Source: Eledone cirrhosa
Taxonomy: Eukaryota
DNA: 64,000 nt
Reading direction: 5' to 3'
Assembly (NCBI GenBank): GCA_964016885.1
Contig: OZ024742.1
Span: 298,282,001-298,346,000 of the forward strand
The position numbers were made by a program, and so were the translations under genes. Within the stretch, counting starts at the first letter, position 1. Each line of letters starts with the position of its first letter. Below the pieces are notes generated by a model. That model saw only the letters and a program-made list of their open reading frames with translations. It was not told where the DNA came from and did not search any database. Of this stretch, positions 26,575 through 39,259 are shown one piece after another.

Positions 26575-27290
26575 ATGTGGGCATGGGCACTGACTGAATG
26601 GTAAAGATGTTTGCTTCGCAACCATTATGTCCTAGGTTTGATAGCACTGCACTGCATTCTAAGCTAAGTAAGTGTCATCTCATTCACCATACCTAGCCAT
26701 GAGTTGACCCAAGCCTTGTGAATGAAATTGGGGAGATGGAAATTGTTTGGAAGCATGTCAAATGGACTGTACAAGTAATTCAAAGTGACAGTCTTATCAC
26801 ACACTGCATCATTATGAACCTCCTTGAGAATTGTTATCAGAAAATGTGTCTCTAGAATGCTCAGCTATATGTACGATAAGACAAGGGAGACTGTATCTTT
26901 AATTCAAAGGGTTAGCCTTGGTATACAATATGTCATTCTGAATCTTCTTGAGAATTTCATTAAAGTACACGTTTTTATAATGCTCAGCCACTTTCACTAT
27001 ATAAGTAATTCAAAATGTCAGCCATATCACACAGTTTCACACTGAATCTCAATGAGAACTACATTAAAGGTACATGTGTCTGTGGAATGCTCAGCCACTT
27101 GTATTATAAATCAAGATAGACTGCACTTTAATTCAAAAGGCCAGCATCGTTACACAGTGTTCCAATGAATTTCCCTGAGAATTGCAGTAAGGGTACGTGT
27201 AGCTGTGGAATTCACAGCCATTTACGCATTAATTTCAAGAGAAGGCTGTTTCATTCATTGAAATGGAACACTGATCACCAAAAGCAACAG
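26575..27290 (+). mobile_element. tRNA-derived SINE (family B) with about 4 tandem copies of a ~110-bp 3' module
   Basis: tRNA-like head, then AATTCAAA..CACAC..TGAA..GAGAA..AATGCTCAGC units near 26777, 26901, 27007 and 27130; single-module relatives at 480-780 and 5232-5470. Confidence 0.55.
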
Positions 27291-27403
27291 AGGTTCATTT
27301 CATTTCATTTAATATTACTGATAATTCTGTTGTTATTGTTGTCATCTCTATATGTATGCATGGTCCCGTAACTCCTGATAAAATTGTAGGTGCGCCGCGT
27401 TGA

Positions 27404-27938
27404 CATACATCAAAGTTTTTAACCATCTCGCCAATTGCAACCCTGAGCGCCTCTTTGATCTCCATGTGTCTAACACACGTGGACATGCCTACAAGATCAG
27501 AAAACAGCACAGCTCCCATGACTTTCGTAGACATTTTTTCACGCTCAGAGTTGCTGAAGCATGGAACAAACTGCCTGCGCAGTTGTTAGCTGCCGAGACA
27601 CTGCATCCTTTAAGACACTCGTGCTTCCTGAAATACGCCAAAACTACACCTGATGTACCCCTTCCATACACATGCACACATGTGTGTATCATGACTCGTG
27701 CACTGTTCATTTTACTGATGTTTGTGCATTGCCCTATGTACTGTACATGCACTTTTTTGATGAGTTGTGGTGCACCTGGGCACTGTACACAATATTTCAT
27801 TATTGTTATTATTATTATATCATGACTCATACACTGTTCATCTTCCTGACATTTGTACATTATTCTATGTACTATACATGCACCTTTGATGAGTTGTAGT
27901 GCACCTGAGCACTGTACACAATAATTTCATTATATTAT
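27404..27938 (+). mobile_element. CR1-clade LINE 3' fragment with duplicated 3' UTR
   Basis: NTRGHAYKIRK..RRHFFTLRVAEAWNKLP (CR1 C-terminal motif); two tandem 3' ends, each with an (ATT)n tail. Confidence 0.85.
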
Positions 27939-29635
27939 ATATCATTTCTTGGGCATTTTAAGCCTGGCAGAGCCCATCCCTCTCTGGGCCTGAGTATTGC
28001 AGATTTCTTTCAGAGAAAGATAGAAAGTGAGAGAGAGGAAGAATTGACCCCAATACTAGACTGGTACTTTTTTTATCGATCTCAAAAGGATGAAAAGCAA
28101 AGTTGTCCTTGGCTGGATTTCAACTCCAAGCAGTTAGCCAGAACAAATAACAAACCATTCTATCCAATATTCTAACGACTCTGCCAATTCGCCGCCTTAT
28201 CTCTATATAGCAAACAATTATAATAGTTGTTTTATTCTAAGAAAGCCTTATTCAATTATTGACATCTATATTGATTACATATAACTAAAACCTGTTATCT
28301 AACAGTGCAATGCAATCCCCACCAACCTACCAGATAATGACGTTGCTATGGGAACCTAATGTCAATTTAATAATATCTAGTACAATGTTTTCTCTCTTTT
28401 TTTACAGTTTAAGTTAGGGAGGGAAGAGCAATGCTCAAGACCCCTTTTAAGGCCTCTGTCACTAACAAGAGGGAGGAGGGCATCTTCAAACTGATGACCA
28501 GGCATGAATGATTGCAACAGAGTGGTCTCTAGCAGTTGAGTGAACTTTTTCATAGCTTATATTTATATCACCATAAGAAATTGTTAGGTATGTTGTGAGG
28601 GAAGAGCAGTCCCTAGCACTTTTTTGCAAGGTCTCCAAGTTTAGTTGGAAGAAGGAAGGGAGTAGGCTATTCACAAACTGGTGATCTGGCTTGAATGCTT
28701 GCAACAGAGCATTAGAGATGAACTTTTAGTCATGTTACAGTTATGTCAAATGTAAGAGATGTTTGCAATAAAAAAGAAAAACATATTAAAGAAACAAAGT
28801 AAGGAAAGAGAAGAGGGAACAGCAGATTCTACAATGGTATATCTTAGCTGTGCTCTGCAGTTCGAAATATCAGCTTAAAAAGTGAAAGTCCTTTTACAAA
28901 ACCCTTCCAAATTCCTAATTATTTGAATACTGTGGATAGTGTCTTTCATTAAAAAGTGTGGTAAGGAAAAGGTTAAATTGGAACAGTAGGTACTTTCTAA
29001 GTTTTTATTATTTTATATTTAAAAAATGTTTTAATTCTTTTTTATTTGCTTAGAAACATATTACAATAACTGAGTATATTATTTGAAATATATTAATAAA
29101 TGTGTTATCCATAAGCTTGGCTGGTCACACTTGGGGATCCAGCAGGATCAGTTGGAGATGGTTGCTTCTGACAGGACCTGCTGGAAGGAGTGTTTGACGA
29201 CTCTGCCCCCACGACCCTCTCAGGAATATGTAGGCAAAGAAGAAGAAGAGTTATCATCTATTAAGTTATGTTATGTTCCAAACACCAGATTAATAATGAG
29301 GAAGTTAGTTATATTACTAAATCTTTCCAAATTCTTGCTAATTTTCAAAATAATTAAAAATTTATGGGCAGTGTCTTTCATGATAAATATTGTAATGAAA
29401 GGGTTAAAAGAAAAGAAAATCTCTAGTATAATGTAATTGTTTCAGTTTCAACATATACAATGTCAGATCTGAAACCATGTCACTGGTCAAACAAGTACAA
29501 TTCCAATATTAATGAACTATCAAAGGCTAATTACAACCACTTCATTAAAGTAATATAGCTAAAAATAACAAATAAAATATTACAAATGATATTTTTAGAT
29601 CAGAGTGAGGTGAACACCCTTATCAGTTACGGCCA

Positions 29636-29785
29636 CTACTACTACTACCACTACAACCACTGTTGCTACTACTGCTGCTACTACTACTACTGTTTCTAGT
29701 GCTGCTACTACTACTACCACTACAACTACTGTTGCTACTACTACTACCACTACCACCACTGTTGCTGCTGCTGCTGCTGCTGCTG

Positions 29786-29836
<51 letters not shown>

Positions 29837-29855
29837 ACACCACCACTAGTACTGC
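29636..29855. repeat. Compound (CTA/CTG/CCA)n trinucleotide microsatellite
   Basis: Directly visible; explains the poly-L and poly-V ORFs. Confidence 0.95.
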
Positions 29856-30115
29856 CACAACAAACACCTCAGTAATAGTTTATCTTAGATATATCAATCA
29901 ATTATCACCATGACAACAAAAGAACAAACTATATAGTTTAAAACAATTATATAGTATGGAGGTTAGATTAGGTGAAGGTGCATGCCCTAATGGTTAAGGT
30001 GTTTGACTCATAATAAGGTTGAGGATGGTGTGTGTTGTCTTTCAGCAAGGTAATTTATTTCATGTTGCTCCAGTTCATTCAATTGGAGAAATTAGTACCA
30101 GCAATAGTTGCATGG

Positions 30116-30374
30116 TTAACCCTTTCCAGGTGGTGTTTCTTATGAAAATCCCTGCCTAAAGTGTTTCAAATCATTTTGAAAACAATCAACAATTTGGCAG
30201 GATCTAGTAATATAACTTTCCCATTATTTATCTAGTGTTTGGGGCATAACATATCAAGGGTCCATTACATAAAACTATAAGATGAGATTTCTAGTAAAAT
30301 ATAAAGATCTTGAAATAATGTTTTGTATCATCAACCAGGGTTGGTTACAGGCAGTTTGGAATCAAAAGGGTTAA
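30116..30374. mobile_element. piggyBac-type MITE (second family)
   Basis: TTAA-CCCTTT ... AAAGGG-TTAA; relatives at ~18880-19100, 19552-19768 and 39260-40134. Confidence 0.7.
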
Positions 30375-31130
30375 CCTTGCAATGGATATGTCCAGCATGC
30401 ATAAAAGAGTTTATACTCTCAGTCATTTTAAGTCACATGTACTCCAGTTAAACTCCACTAGACTTGCGAAAGACTAACTAAGTTAGATGGGAGAAATAGC
30501 ATATGTTTACACTAATTTACCTTGTTTGTTATTTCATCTTTTTCATCCATACACTATTTCTAAACATTATTACAGCCTGGGAAATTTTATAAAAAGGAAA
30601 AGGAGCTTATCATCATATCAGACCAAGGAAACAATGCTTCAATTAGTCTTTCTGTTGTTGACACTATATACGAACAGCGAATCCTGACAGAAGTAGGTGA
30701 GATTTGAACTCAGAATACACAGAACCTAAACAGATACTACCAAACATCTCATCTGATTCTTTAACAATTCTACCACCTTATGGCTCTTAGACTGTTGCTC
30801 TATTTATCAACACTGAAAGAATGAGAAGCAACGTTTACCTCAGAGAATGTTGGAACTTAGAGGACAGAGAACTGGAATAAATATCAAGACTTTAATGACT
30901 GTCAAATCACATGCTAGTGGGGAGTTTAATTATATACTATTATCAGACACCATCAAAACTTAGTATCACTAATTCATATCTCACTTTCATTTCAATAAAA
31001 AAAAATCTTTATTTGTTCTCAGAGAGATGATATTCAGCAGAGTTTATTTTAAGAAACTGTTTGACCTGCACAAATTTCTGTGGCAGGTTCCATGACCCAG
31101 TGTCTAATATTCTTTGAGTCTAAGAAATAT

Positions 31131-31410
31131 ATAATAAAATGAAAATTATTGTGTACAGTGCTCAGGTGCAGCACAACTCATCAAAGGAGCATGCATAGTG
31201 CATAGAATAATGTACAAATGTCAGGAAAGTGAACAGTATATGAGTCATGATATACACATAGCTTACGTGTGTATGGAGGAGGGATATCAGGTATGGTTTT
31301 GGTGAATTTCAGGAAGCATGGAAGTTTTGAAGGATGTAGCCTCCTGATAGCTAACAACTGATGCAGGTATTTTGTTCCATGCTTCAGCAACTGTGAGCAT
31401 GAAAATCATT
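31131..31410 (-). mobile_element. CR1 3' fragment
   Basis: Reverse complement of the 27540-27800 sequence type. Confidence 0.8.
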
Positions 31411-31644
31411 TTTTTTTTTTTTCCACATTTCATGTGTGTTTTACATCTTTTAACCATCATTCAGTTTATAAACACATATAGTATTTGTCACACTGCACAA
31501 ATTTACATTTATATCTACACCAACAGTAGTCAATTACATGTGAAAATAATCACTGACATTTAGTTGCATGACATGCATGGTCCCGCAACTCCTGAGGGAG
31601 TTGTAGGGGTGCTGTATTAACATAAGGCATTTTGGGGGCATTTT

Positions 31645-31964
31645 ATAATAATAATAATAATAATGAAATTATTGTGTACAGTGCTCAGGTGCACTACAAC
31701 TCATCAAAGGTGCATGTATAGTACATAGAATAATGTACAAATGTCAGGAAAATAAACAGTGTATGAGTCATGATATAATAACAATAACGAAATATTGTGC
31801 ACAGTGCCCAGGTGCACCACAACTCATCAAAAAGTGCATGTACAGTACATAGGGCAATGCACAAACATCAGTAAAATGAACAGTGCACGAGTCATGATAC
31901 ACACATGTGTGCATGTGTATGGAAGGGGTACATCAAGTGTAGTTTTGGCGTATTTTGGGAAGCA
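31645..31964 (-). mobile_element. CR1 double-3'-end fragment, inverted copy of 27622-27935
   Basis: Near-identical reverse complement, including the internal junction; (ATA)n tail. Confidence 0.85.
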
Positions 31965-33050
31965 TTGGTGAAGCCCAATACTTTCCAGGTCTGAATACAG
32001 CAGATTTCTTCCAGAGAAGGATAAAGAGAATTATAGAATGGAAGTGTTAAAGAGATATAGAGAAAGAATCGACTCCAGTACTAGACTGGTTCGTTTTTTT
32101 ATCAACCTTGAATGAGTGAATGCCAAAGTTGACCTTGGGACATTTAGCTACACTGTCTCAAATGCTTGTGTAAAAATCACACACAAAATAAGCATATCCT
32201 ATTATTTAATCCCCTGATTAAAAAAGTCATAATGTTAGGGTAAAGATCTCATAGAACAGTTTATGTCATCTGATTAAAATAAAATCACATTTAGAATAAG
32301 CATATTCTTTGTTTCAATCCAGATTAAATGTGTTGTTAATGTTAGAGTAAAAATCACAGACAGAACACCACAGAATGATTGTAGAGATGAATGAATTAAA
32401 AATAAATACAAAATAATTTCATGTATGAAATGGAAAAATATTGACTAAATTGATTAACAATCCTAAAGAATATTTCTGAAAATTTTCCATTGCCAATAAT
32501 TTTTAAACTAAACTAAAAACTTAAATAAAACCAAAGATTATATTTTTTAAAAAGCTGGGGTGAGGAAGTGATGCCAATTATGGCAACTGCAGATAACATG
32601 ATTAAAAAATATAATTTTACAAAGAAAAATAACTGAAAATGTATTAAATATTATTATTACTTTTTTTCAATTTCAGCAGAATAGAATAATCCTTATCAAT
32701 TATAAATTAAAATTGATTTTTGCTACATCTTTCATAAATTTGATTTTCTTTTACAAACAGGTTATTATGTAAAATTTGCTGTTGTATATATATATAGCAC
32801 TGATGCTAATTTGTCATATTAATTAAATCCAAAGTTTGTTTCCGGAACGATTAATTAGTTGTTTTAATTAAATTCTACGCCGTTTATTTTCATAACAACA
32901 AAAAGAATCATTGCGCTTACATTCGTGTTCGATTATGGATCCAGGTGAATTACTCTTCTACTAAACTTCTTTAGTTATCTCCCTTGTTAAATCTGTTAAA
33001 TTCGTTAACAATGGAAAAGAAACGTATTGCCAACAATACTACTCCAAACC

Positions 33051-33088
<38 letters not shown>

Positions 33089-33153
33089 ATATGGAACGAA
33101 ACTTACACATACATTAATCAGTGAGGAAGACGACTTCATGTGGGTTGGAAATT

Positions 33154-33184
<31 letters not shown>

Positions 33185-33823
33185 TTATATATATATATAT
33201 GTATGTATATATACAAGTATTCTGTCTAGTCAGGGGTGCATTTATACAATGCTGATGCGATTACTCAATTGATACAGAGTGGTGATATCCAATTCTGTGA
33301 TATGATGATCACCTCAAATGTCAATAAGTCAGAATCAAATATATAATGTTGAACAACAAAAGAATTAAATAATAATAAAGCAAAGTTATTAATCCATTGT
33401 TTTATGATCGTTTTAGTTGAGTAGAAAAGAATGCACATCTTATTCGATGGTGTAAAGCAGAGGTTCTTAAATTTTTGTGGCCACCGCTCCTCACAGTCAC
33501 GTAATATCCTCAGCACGTCCCATGCCTATTTCGAGAGGGACCTGCCTACATGTAAAGGTAAAACCATTCCACCATCCTCGAAAGGTGTATTCTATCTTTG
33601 ATACACAGCAGTATTTTGGAGATAGCTAAAACAGTGGAAAGGGTCATATGGTGTTATGAACTGTCACATGATTTGTAGTGGGTGAGTGTGAAATGTGTTG
33701 TCAAAAGATGCAGTCTTGATAACACTCTTAGTGTTATCTGAGCAAAGATTAGGTGTGTTAACTTACCAAACATGATATCGAGCTAGCTAGATAGATAGAT
33801 ACATAGATAACTTTCTATTTAAT

Positions 33824-33875
<52 letters not shown>

Positions 33876-33920
33876 AGAGATAGATTGTCAAGTTGAAAGA
33901 AAGAGATAGATAGATAGATA

Positions 33921-34554
33921 TCTTTCTTTATTTGCCACAGGGTCGTACAAAAATGGGACATTACAAGACGTGGCGGGGGTTTTACATAAAATCTTTAACA
34001 ATGATAAATAACAATAAACTATATAAAAATAAAACAATTGAAATCCCCATAGGGGGGGGGGGGTAACGCTACTGCGGAGTTGTTTTACAGCCCGTAGATA
34101 GAACAACCTTCAACACCAGGAACACGTTTTGTAGGTGTTCCCGTCTTCCCTCTGTTTATCTACCTTAACCTACAGGTTTATATACAGAGAAAGCCCATTC
34201 ACCCGGGCCATTTTCGGCACATTCACCCACCTTTCAGCGAATTTACTGGGGTGTAGCACCTCTCTCTCCACTCTCACCTGCCTTCTGAAGAGGTACTTAA
34301 AGAAGGGGATGAGTTGTTGTCCGGAGAGAAAGGTGTTTGCCCTCAGTCCTTTTAACTTCGTCCACCATATTACCTTTCACCATAGCCACCAGACAGAGGA
34401 AGACCGCCTCTTCTTCATTCTTAAATGAAGGTGGTGGGGTGATCCTCACGTCATGATGGACTCGGCTGACAACTGGATGTGTCCTACATGTGACAGTAGC
34501 TGTTCGACATAATTCCACAGGTCGGTCACCCCTGGACACTGAACAATTGCGTGC
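33921..34554 (-). mobile_element. Tx1-family 3' fragment related to 22032-22660, with a long flanking duplication
   Basis: Colinear similarity with the 3' end of the large Tx1; AATAAA at 33927-33932; flanks 33746-33920 and 34555-34684 are duplicates. Confidence 0.85.
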
Positions 34555-35781
34555 AGATTAGGTGTGTTAACTTACCAAACATGATAGCTAGCTAGCTAGC
34601 CAGCTAGATAGATAGATAGATAAAGAGATAGATAGATAAAGAGATGGATTGTCAAGTTGAAAGAAAGAGATAGCTAGATAGATAAACACTTAGAAAGTGA
34701 TGAATACATCCCAAGTACAATATCTATCATCGTCTTATCAAGTGCATGTGTGCGTTGATGTTCTCTCTCTTTCACTCACAGCCTTCGTCTCTCTCACTCT
34801 CCCCATCTCTCACTATTATAAGCAAATGGGAGCCCACACACTGGCTGCCCTGCAACCCTAGTGGACAGAATAGAAAAGATGTTTCCCTGGAGGATGGTGA
34901 GGGAGATGGAAGAGCCATTTCAGCTCGCAAGGCTCACACCTGTGGGTAGCCAACTCAAAATTATTTTATATAGGGAACTGGAGTAGTTAACTAGGAGAAT
35001 AGGGCATATATCATAGAGTTAGTATATGTAGAGTGTAAATCTTATTTTCTGAAAAGTACTTTTGGGTTGTTTTTATGAGTGATAGAAGGCAGGAGGCTAA
35101 ATTTTGCTGGATGGCTAAAAATTACTGGATGGAGCTGGTGCAGTAATGCACAAAATTCAGCACTTGGTCATCAGAAGGGAGGTTGGTATAAAAATCAAAC
35201 CCTTCAATTCAGTGTTCATGCCTACCGTGATCTATGGTCATGAATCTTGGTAATGATCGAAAGAATACAATCGCAAATACAAGCAGTCAAAATGGAGATT
35301 CTCCAAAGGGTCTTTGGAGTAAGGTCACTTGATGGGGTGTAACTTGAAGATCTGGGAGTCGCTTTAGATAGAGCCACTACTTTTCCAAATTGAAAGATCA
35401 TAGCTCCAGTACTACAGACATATGTTTAGAATGTTTAAAGAACGAATCACTGGACAGATTTCATGGGCAAAGTCAACCAGCACTACCAGACTCAGGGGTA
35501 GATAATGAGCAAAATAGTTGAATAACATCTATGAGCTTGGTTAATCTCACTATATTTGAACTTTATGCATTGTCAAAGGTAAAGATGTAAATAGCATACT
35601 TCTGCACATATACAACTCACCAATGGCTATCAACATATGGTCTTAGGTTTCTGTAACATCTGAAATTTAAACTTTGAACCTTTAGACTCCATATACAGTA
35701 AAATTTGGAGTAAAGATGGAGGGAACATAACAGATTAAAAGAGAAAATGTTTGTGTAACCAAATATAAAATGGAGTAGCCT

Positions 35782-36052
35782 CACACTGTGATATCATCAC
35801 AGTCAAATGGAATATTGCATATTTGAGAGAGTCTGTTCACACTGTGATACCATCTCTTTCAAATGGAATATTACATATTTGAGAGACAGTGTTTTCAAAA
35901 GGCGATACCATCTCTTTCAAATGTATGTTGAATATTTGAGAGAGAGTATTTTCACAGAATGATACCATCATATTCAAATGGACTATTGTATATTTGAGAG
36001 AGAGTATTATCACAGTGATGATGTCTTTCAAATGAAAAGTTACATATTTGAG
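35782..36052. repeat. Minisatellite, ~57-bp unit x5
   Basis: CACACTGTGATACCATCTCTTTCAAATGGAATATTACATATTTGAGAGA.. repeated. Confidence 0.85.
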
Positions 36053-36954
36053 GGATAATAACCTCTCTTTTACAAAACAAAAGCAAGTGGGCTGAAAAAA
36101 GTTTATACCATTATTAATTTATGATATCATTTGAAAATATTATTATTCAAGTACTATGATCATGAGTCTCATATTCTATGAAACTCTGAAACAGATAAGA
36201 GAAAATAAGGTTAGATGTTTAAATGAATAATTTTTCTAAGGCTAGCAATGTTTATATTGCTTCTTAGGTATACATACTCCTGTGATCTAGTTACAGAAAT
36301 TATATCTTAATGTTTTTATCAAAGGAATGAAGCTCAAATAATAATAATAACATTAACCTATGACTGAAGTCATTTACAAATATTTTGTTTATACCCATTA
36401 ATCTGTTCAATATTAATGACACAACAAACATATAAACCTTAAAACCTATTTCAGCATAGATTTTCAGATAAGATATTTGCAACCAATTTTACTACTGTCA
36501 TCAAATGATGAAATAGTATTCTTTTCTTCTTTTTTTTTTAAATTATACTGATTGAAATAGCTGTAAAAATGAACAGAACAAAATCTGATTTGGCAAAAAA
36601 TGTTAGTTTGATGACCTCATAAAAATCTTACCTGCAACACAAGGAAAAGGAAACACTCTCAGATCATGACTGAATGTATAAGGAATATTTTATCAAGATT
36701 TACCTTCAAAATATTTGGATTGATCAAGTTCTTCACCTGGCACTTGGGCAGCTGGAAGTAACAAGAAACAAAGGTTCGTTAGTTTAGATTGAAAATCATA
36801 TACAATAAAAATAATATTATACATATTTCTAAAATTAATAAAGTAAGCGTGTTAGTATTGTTATGTGTGTATATACAAAATTAACAACTATAAGTATTAA
36901 TGTGGTGTCGTAAATAAATCTCATATGGTGTTTAATTTCCTGACATTTGTACAA

Positions 36955-37141
36955 TGGATTGGCAGTATCGGTAGAGGGTCACACGCCATGCTTTGCAGCA
37001 AAGAGTTATGGCCCTTTATGGTCTGAGTTAAAATCCCGCCGAGGTTAACTTTGCCTTTCATCCTTACAGGGTCGATAAAATAAAGTACTAGTAATACACT
37101 GGGATAATTGCTGGCCTTGTGCCAAATGTAGAAACAATTAT
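36955..37141 (+). mobile_element. Full-length family A SINE
   Basis: Matches the family consensus; partial copies at 37224-37298 (+) and 37628-37736 (-). Confidence 0.85.
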
Positions 37142-37749
37142 TCTATTTACTATACATACACTTTAATGAGTTGTAGTGCACCTGAGCACTGTACGCAATC
37201 ATTTTCATTATTATTTAATATACAAGGTCAATAAAATAAAGTACCAGTAATGCACTGGGTAATTGCTGGCCTTGTGCCTAAAGTAGAAACAATTATTATC
37301 TAATATACACCTATACACCAGATCCAAACACAATGGAACGAATTTCCCACTGTCACATATAATACAACAGTCAAAGATACAAATTTTCTTACTACTGACA
37401 TGAATCTTGCAACAATTCCTTGTCAAATTCATTTTTCAGGGCACAGTTAAAGGAAGGGAAAGAAGAAGGTTGACAAAGAGAATCCTTGTTTGACAACATC
37501 AAAGACTGCAACAGTCTCAATACTGCAAACTTTATTTGCATTATGAAGAACAGAAATCAGTGGCAAAATGACTAGTTGCCCCATTATGAGAAGATGAGGA
37601 TAATGATGATATATATATATATATATATAATTGTTTCTACTTTTGGCACAAGGCCAGCAATTACCCAGTATATTACTGGTACTTTATTTTATCGACCCTG
37701 TAAGGATGAAAGGCAAAGTTAACCTCGGTGGGATTTATATATATATAAT

Positions 37750-38225
37750 AATCATTATCACCACCATTTAACATCCATTTTTCCACACTAGCATGAGTTA
37801 GACGAGTTGTCCATTGTTAGACGAGTCAGATAAAATGAATATGTCCTGCTCATTTAGATCTATTTCTGGCTTGGTTTCGATGGCTGGATACCCTTCCTCA
37901 TTTACAGAGTGGACTGGGTGCTTTTTATCATGATACCAAAACGATCATCGTGGCACAAAAACCACCACTTTACAGGTTGGACAGGACGTTTAATGTTGTG
38001 TCCCCAACATGACCACTCTAGAGGGTAGACTGAGTGCTTTTTGTTGTAACACCAACATGAACAACTTAGAGGGCTGACTGAGTGCTCTTTGTCATGTCAC
38101 CAAATCAACCACTCCAGAGGGTGGAATGGGCACTTTCTGTCATTCTACAAGCATGACCACTTTACAGGGTAGACTGGGTACCCCCTGCCGCGTTACCATC
38201 GTTATCATCTTACATGGTGGACTAA
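37750..38225 (-). mobile_element. Old RTE 3' UTR remnant with ~6 tandem 50-60-bp units
   Basis: RTE terminus TTTAACATCCATTTTTCCAC, then repeated ACCACTTTACAGGGTGGACTGGGTGC-like units. Confidence 0.6.
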
Positions 38226-38539
38226 GCATATAGATGGTGTAGCATATGAGGCCAATCACATTTCTACGTTGGGTTGGGTTTATAAGTTAAAGTCAAACAT
38301 TATATATTCATGTTGGAAGACTACTACACAACAACAATAATGAATTTATTTGAAAATAAAAGAAAGTAATTTCCAATTCATCAACGTTTGCATATTAATA
38401 ACAAATGAAAAGGGAAAAGAAAACATTAAATAGCGAAAGTAACGGAAAACGGAGAGAGAGCAACAGACACCATACAGTTATCTAGGCTATGTAGTATATC
38501 TCAGATGAGCCCTACAGACAGAATGCTGAAGGTATTGCC

Positions 38540-38705
38540 ACGGAGAACAAATAGCGACGCCGCTTGCATCAGCGACTCTACCTCACGAGGTTCCTTCCAC
38601 AGGCAGGATCCATGCTTCTCAATTTTACGGAGGAAAACGGAAGTTCGGGGACTGAGGACAGAAGTTGTTTTGACAGCCACCGGCGTGAAAAAGAAGCGGA
38701 CAGTA
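38540..38705 (-). promoter_or_regulatory. CpG-enriched promoter-like segment
   Basis: Local CpG enrichment in sequence that does not look like a repeat; ETS-type ACGGAAGT at 38637-38644; pyrimidine-rich CTTCTTTTTC on the minus strand. Confidence 0.4.
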
Positions 38706-39259
38706 AAAAAAAACACAGAAACATTATACTGAAATAATAATTATTATGTATTAGCATAAGCTAGAAGGCACAGAATAACAATAAAAACTCAAACAACAGC
38801 AAATGGAATCTCTAACATTATATTGCTATAAATTTGAAGCTTCGAATAGTCATGTGAAAACGTATAATGTAATCTATATCAAAGTAGTCTCCCTTGTCAC
38901 GTTTAACACGCTGTATTTGGCTGCATAATATATCTAGTATTGATTCGTTTGCCCACAAATTTTGCCTCCCTTTTGTTGTATGTGGTCCTAGATGTATGTA
39001 TTACCAGCTTTGTATAATTTACGTGTGTTTGTGTTTTCGTTCTGTAACCATTATATTGTTATATATACGACTGAGAATAAAAGATTTATCATTCCTAATA
39101 TTTACAGCAGTGAAATTAATGTTGAAACTGAATCAAGTTTCAGTAATGAGTGACATTCTTCAAAAATGATCATATACACAAGTTTTGCTGATGTATCGGT
39201 GGACGATCCATCTATTTCGACGATGAATATTCAGTTTTTCGATCGTTCAAACTCTTGAG

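Larger units (their letters stand above)
35621..38613 (-). other. Candidate spliced small-ORF or lncRNA gene (exons 38613-38587, 36751-36704, 35659-35621)
   Basis: AGCATGG start context; donors GTGAGG, GTAAAT, GTGAGT; acceptors ttacttccag and aatttcag; joined ORF MDPACGRNLLPKCQVKNLINPNILKMLQKPKTIC* (34 aa) with no recognised homology. Confidence 0.25.

Noticed and set aside
29595-29875. Poly-Val and poly-Leu ORFs
   Set aside because: Trinucleotide microsatellite.
36658-36736. Possible C/D snoRNA (GTGAAGA ... TTCAGTCATGAT-CTGA; guide resembles the antisense of remembered 28S GAUUAUGACUGAA)
   Set aside because: Imperfect C box, no terminal stem, overlaps the putative exon, and a match of this length is plausible by chance; snoscan plus RiboMeth-seq would decide.
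36704-36751. Alternative frame AQVPGEELDQSKYFE(G), reminiscent of an astacin FEGDI propeptide
   Set aside because: No compatible downstream exon or HExxH catalytic exon found in the window.
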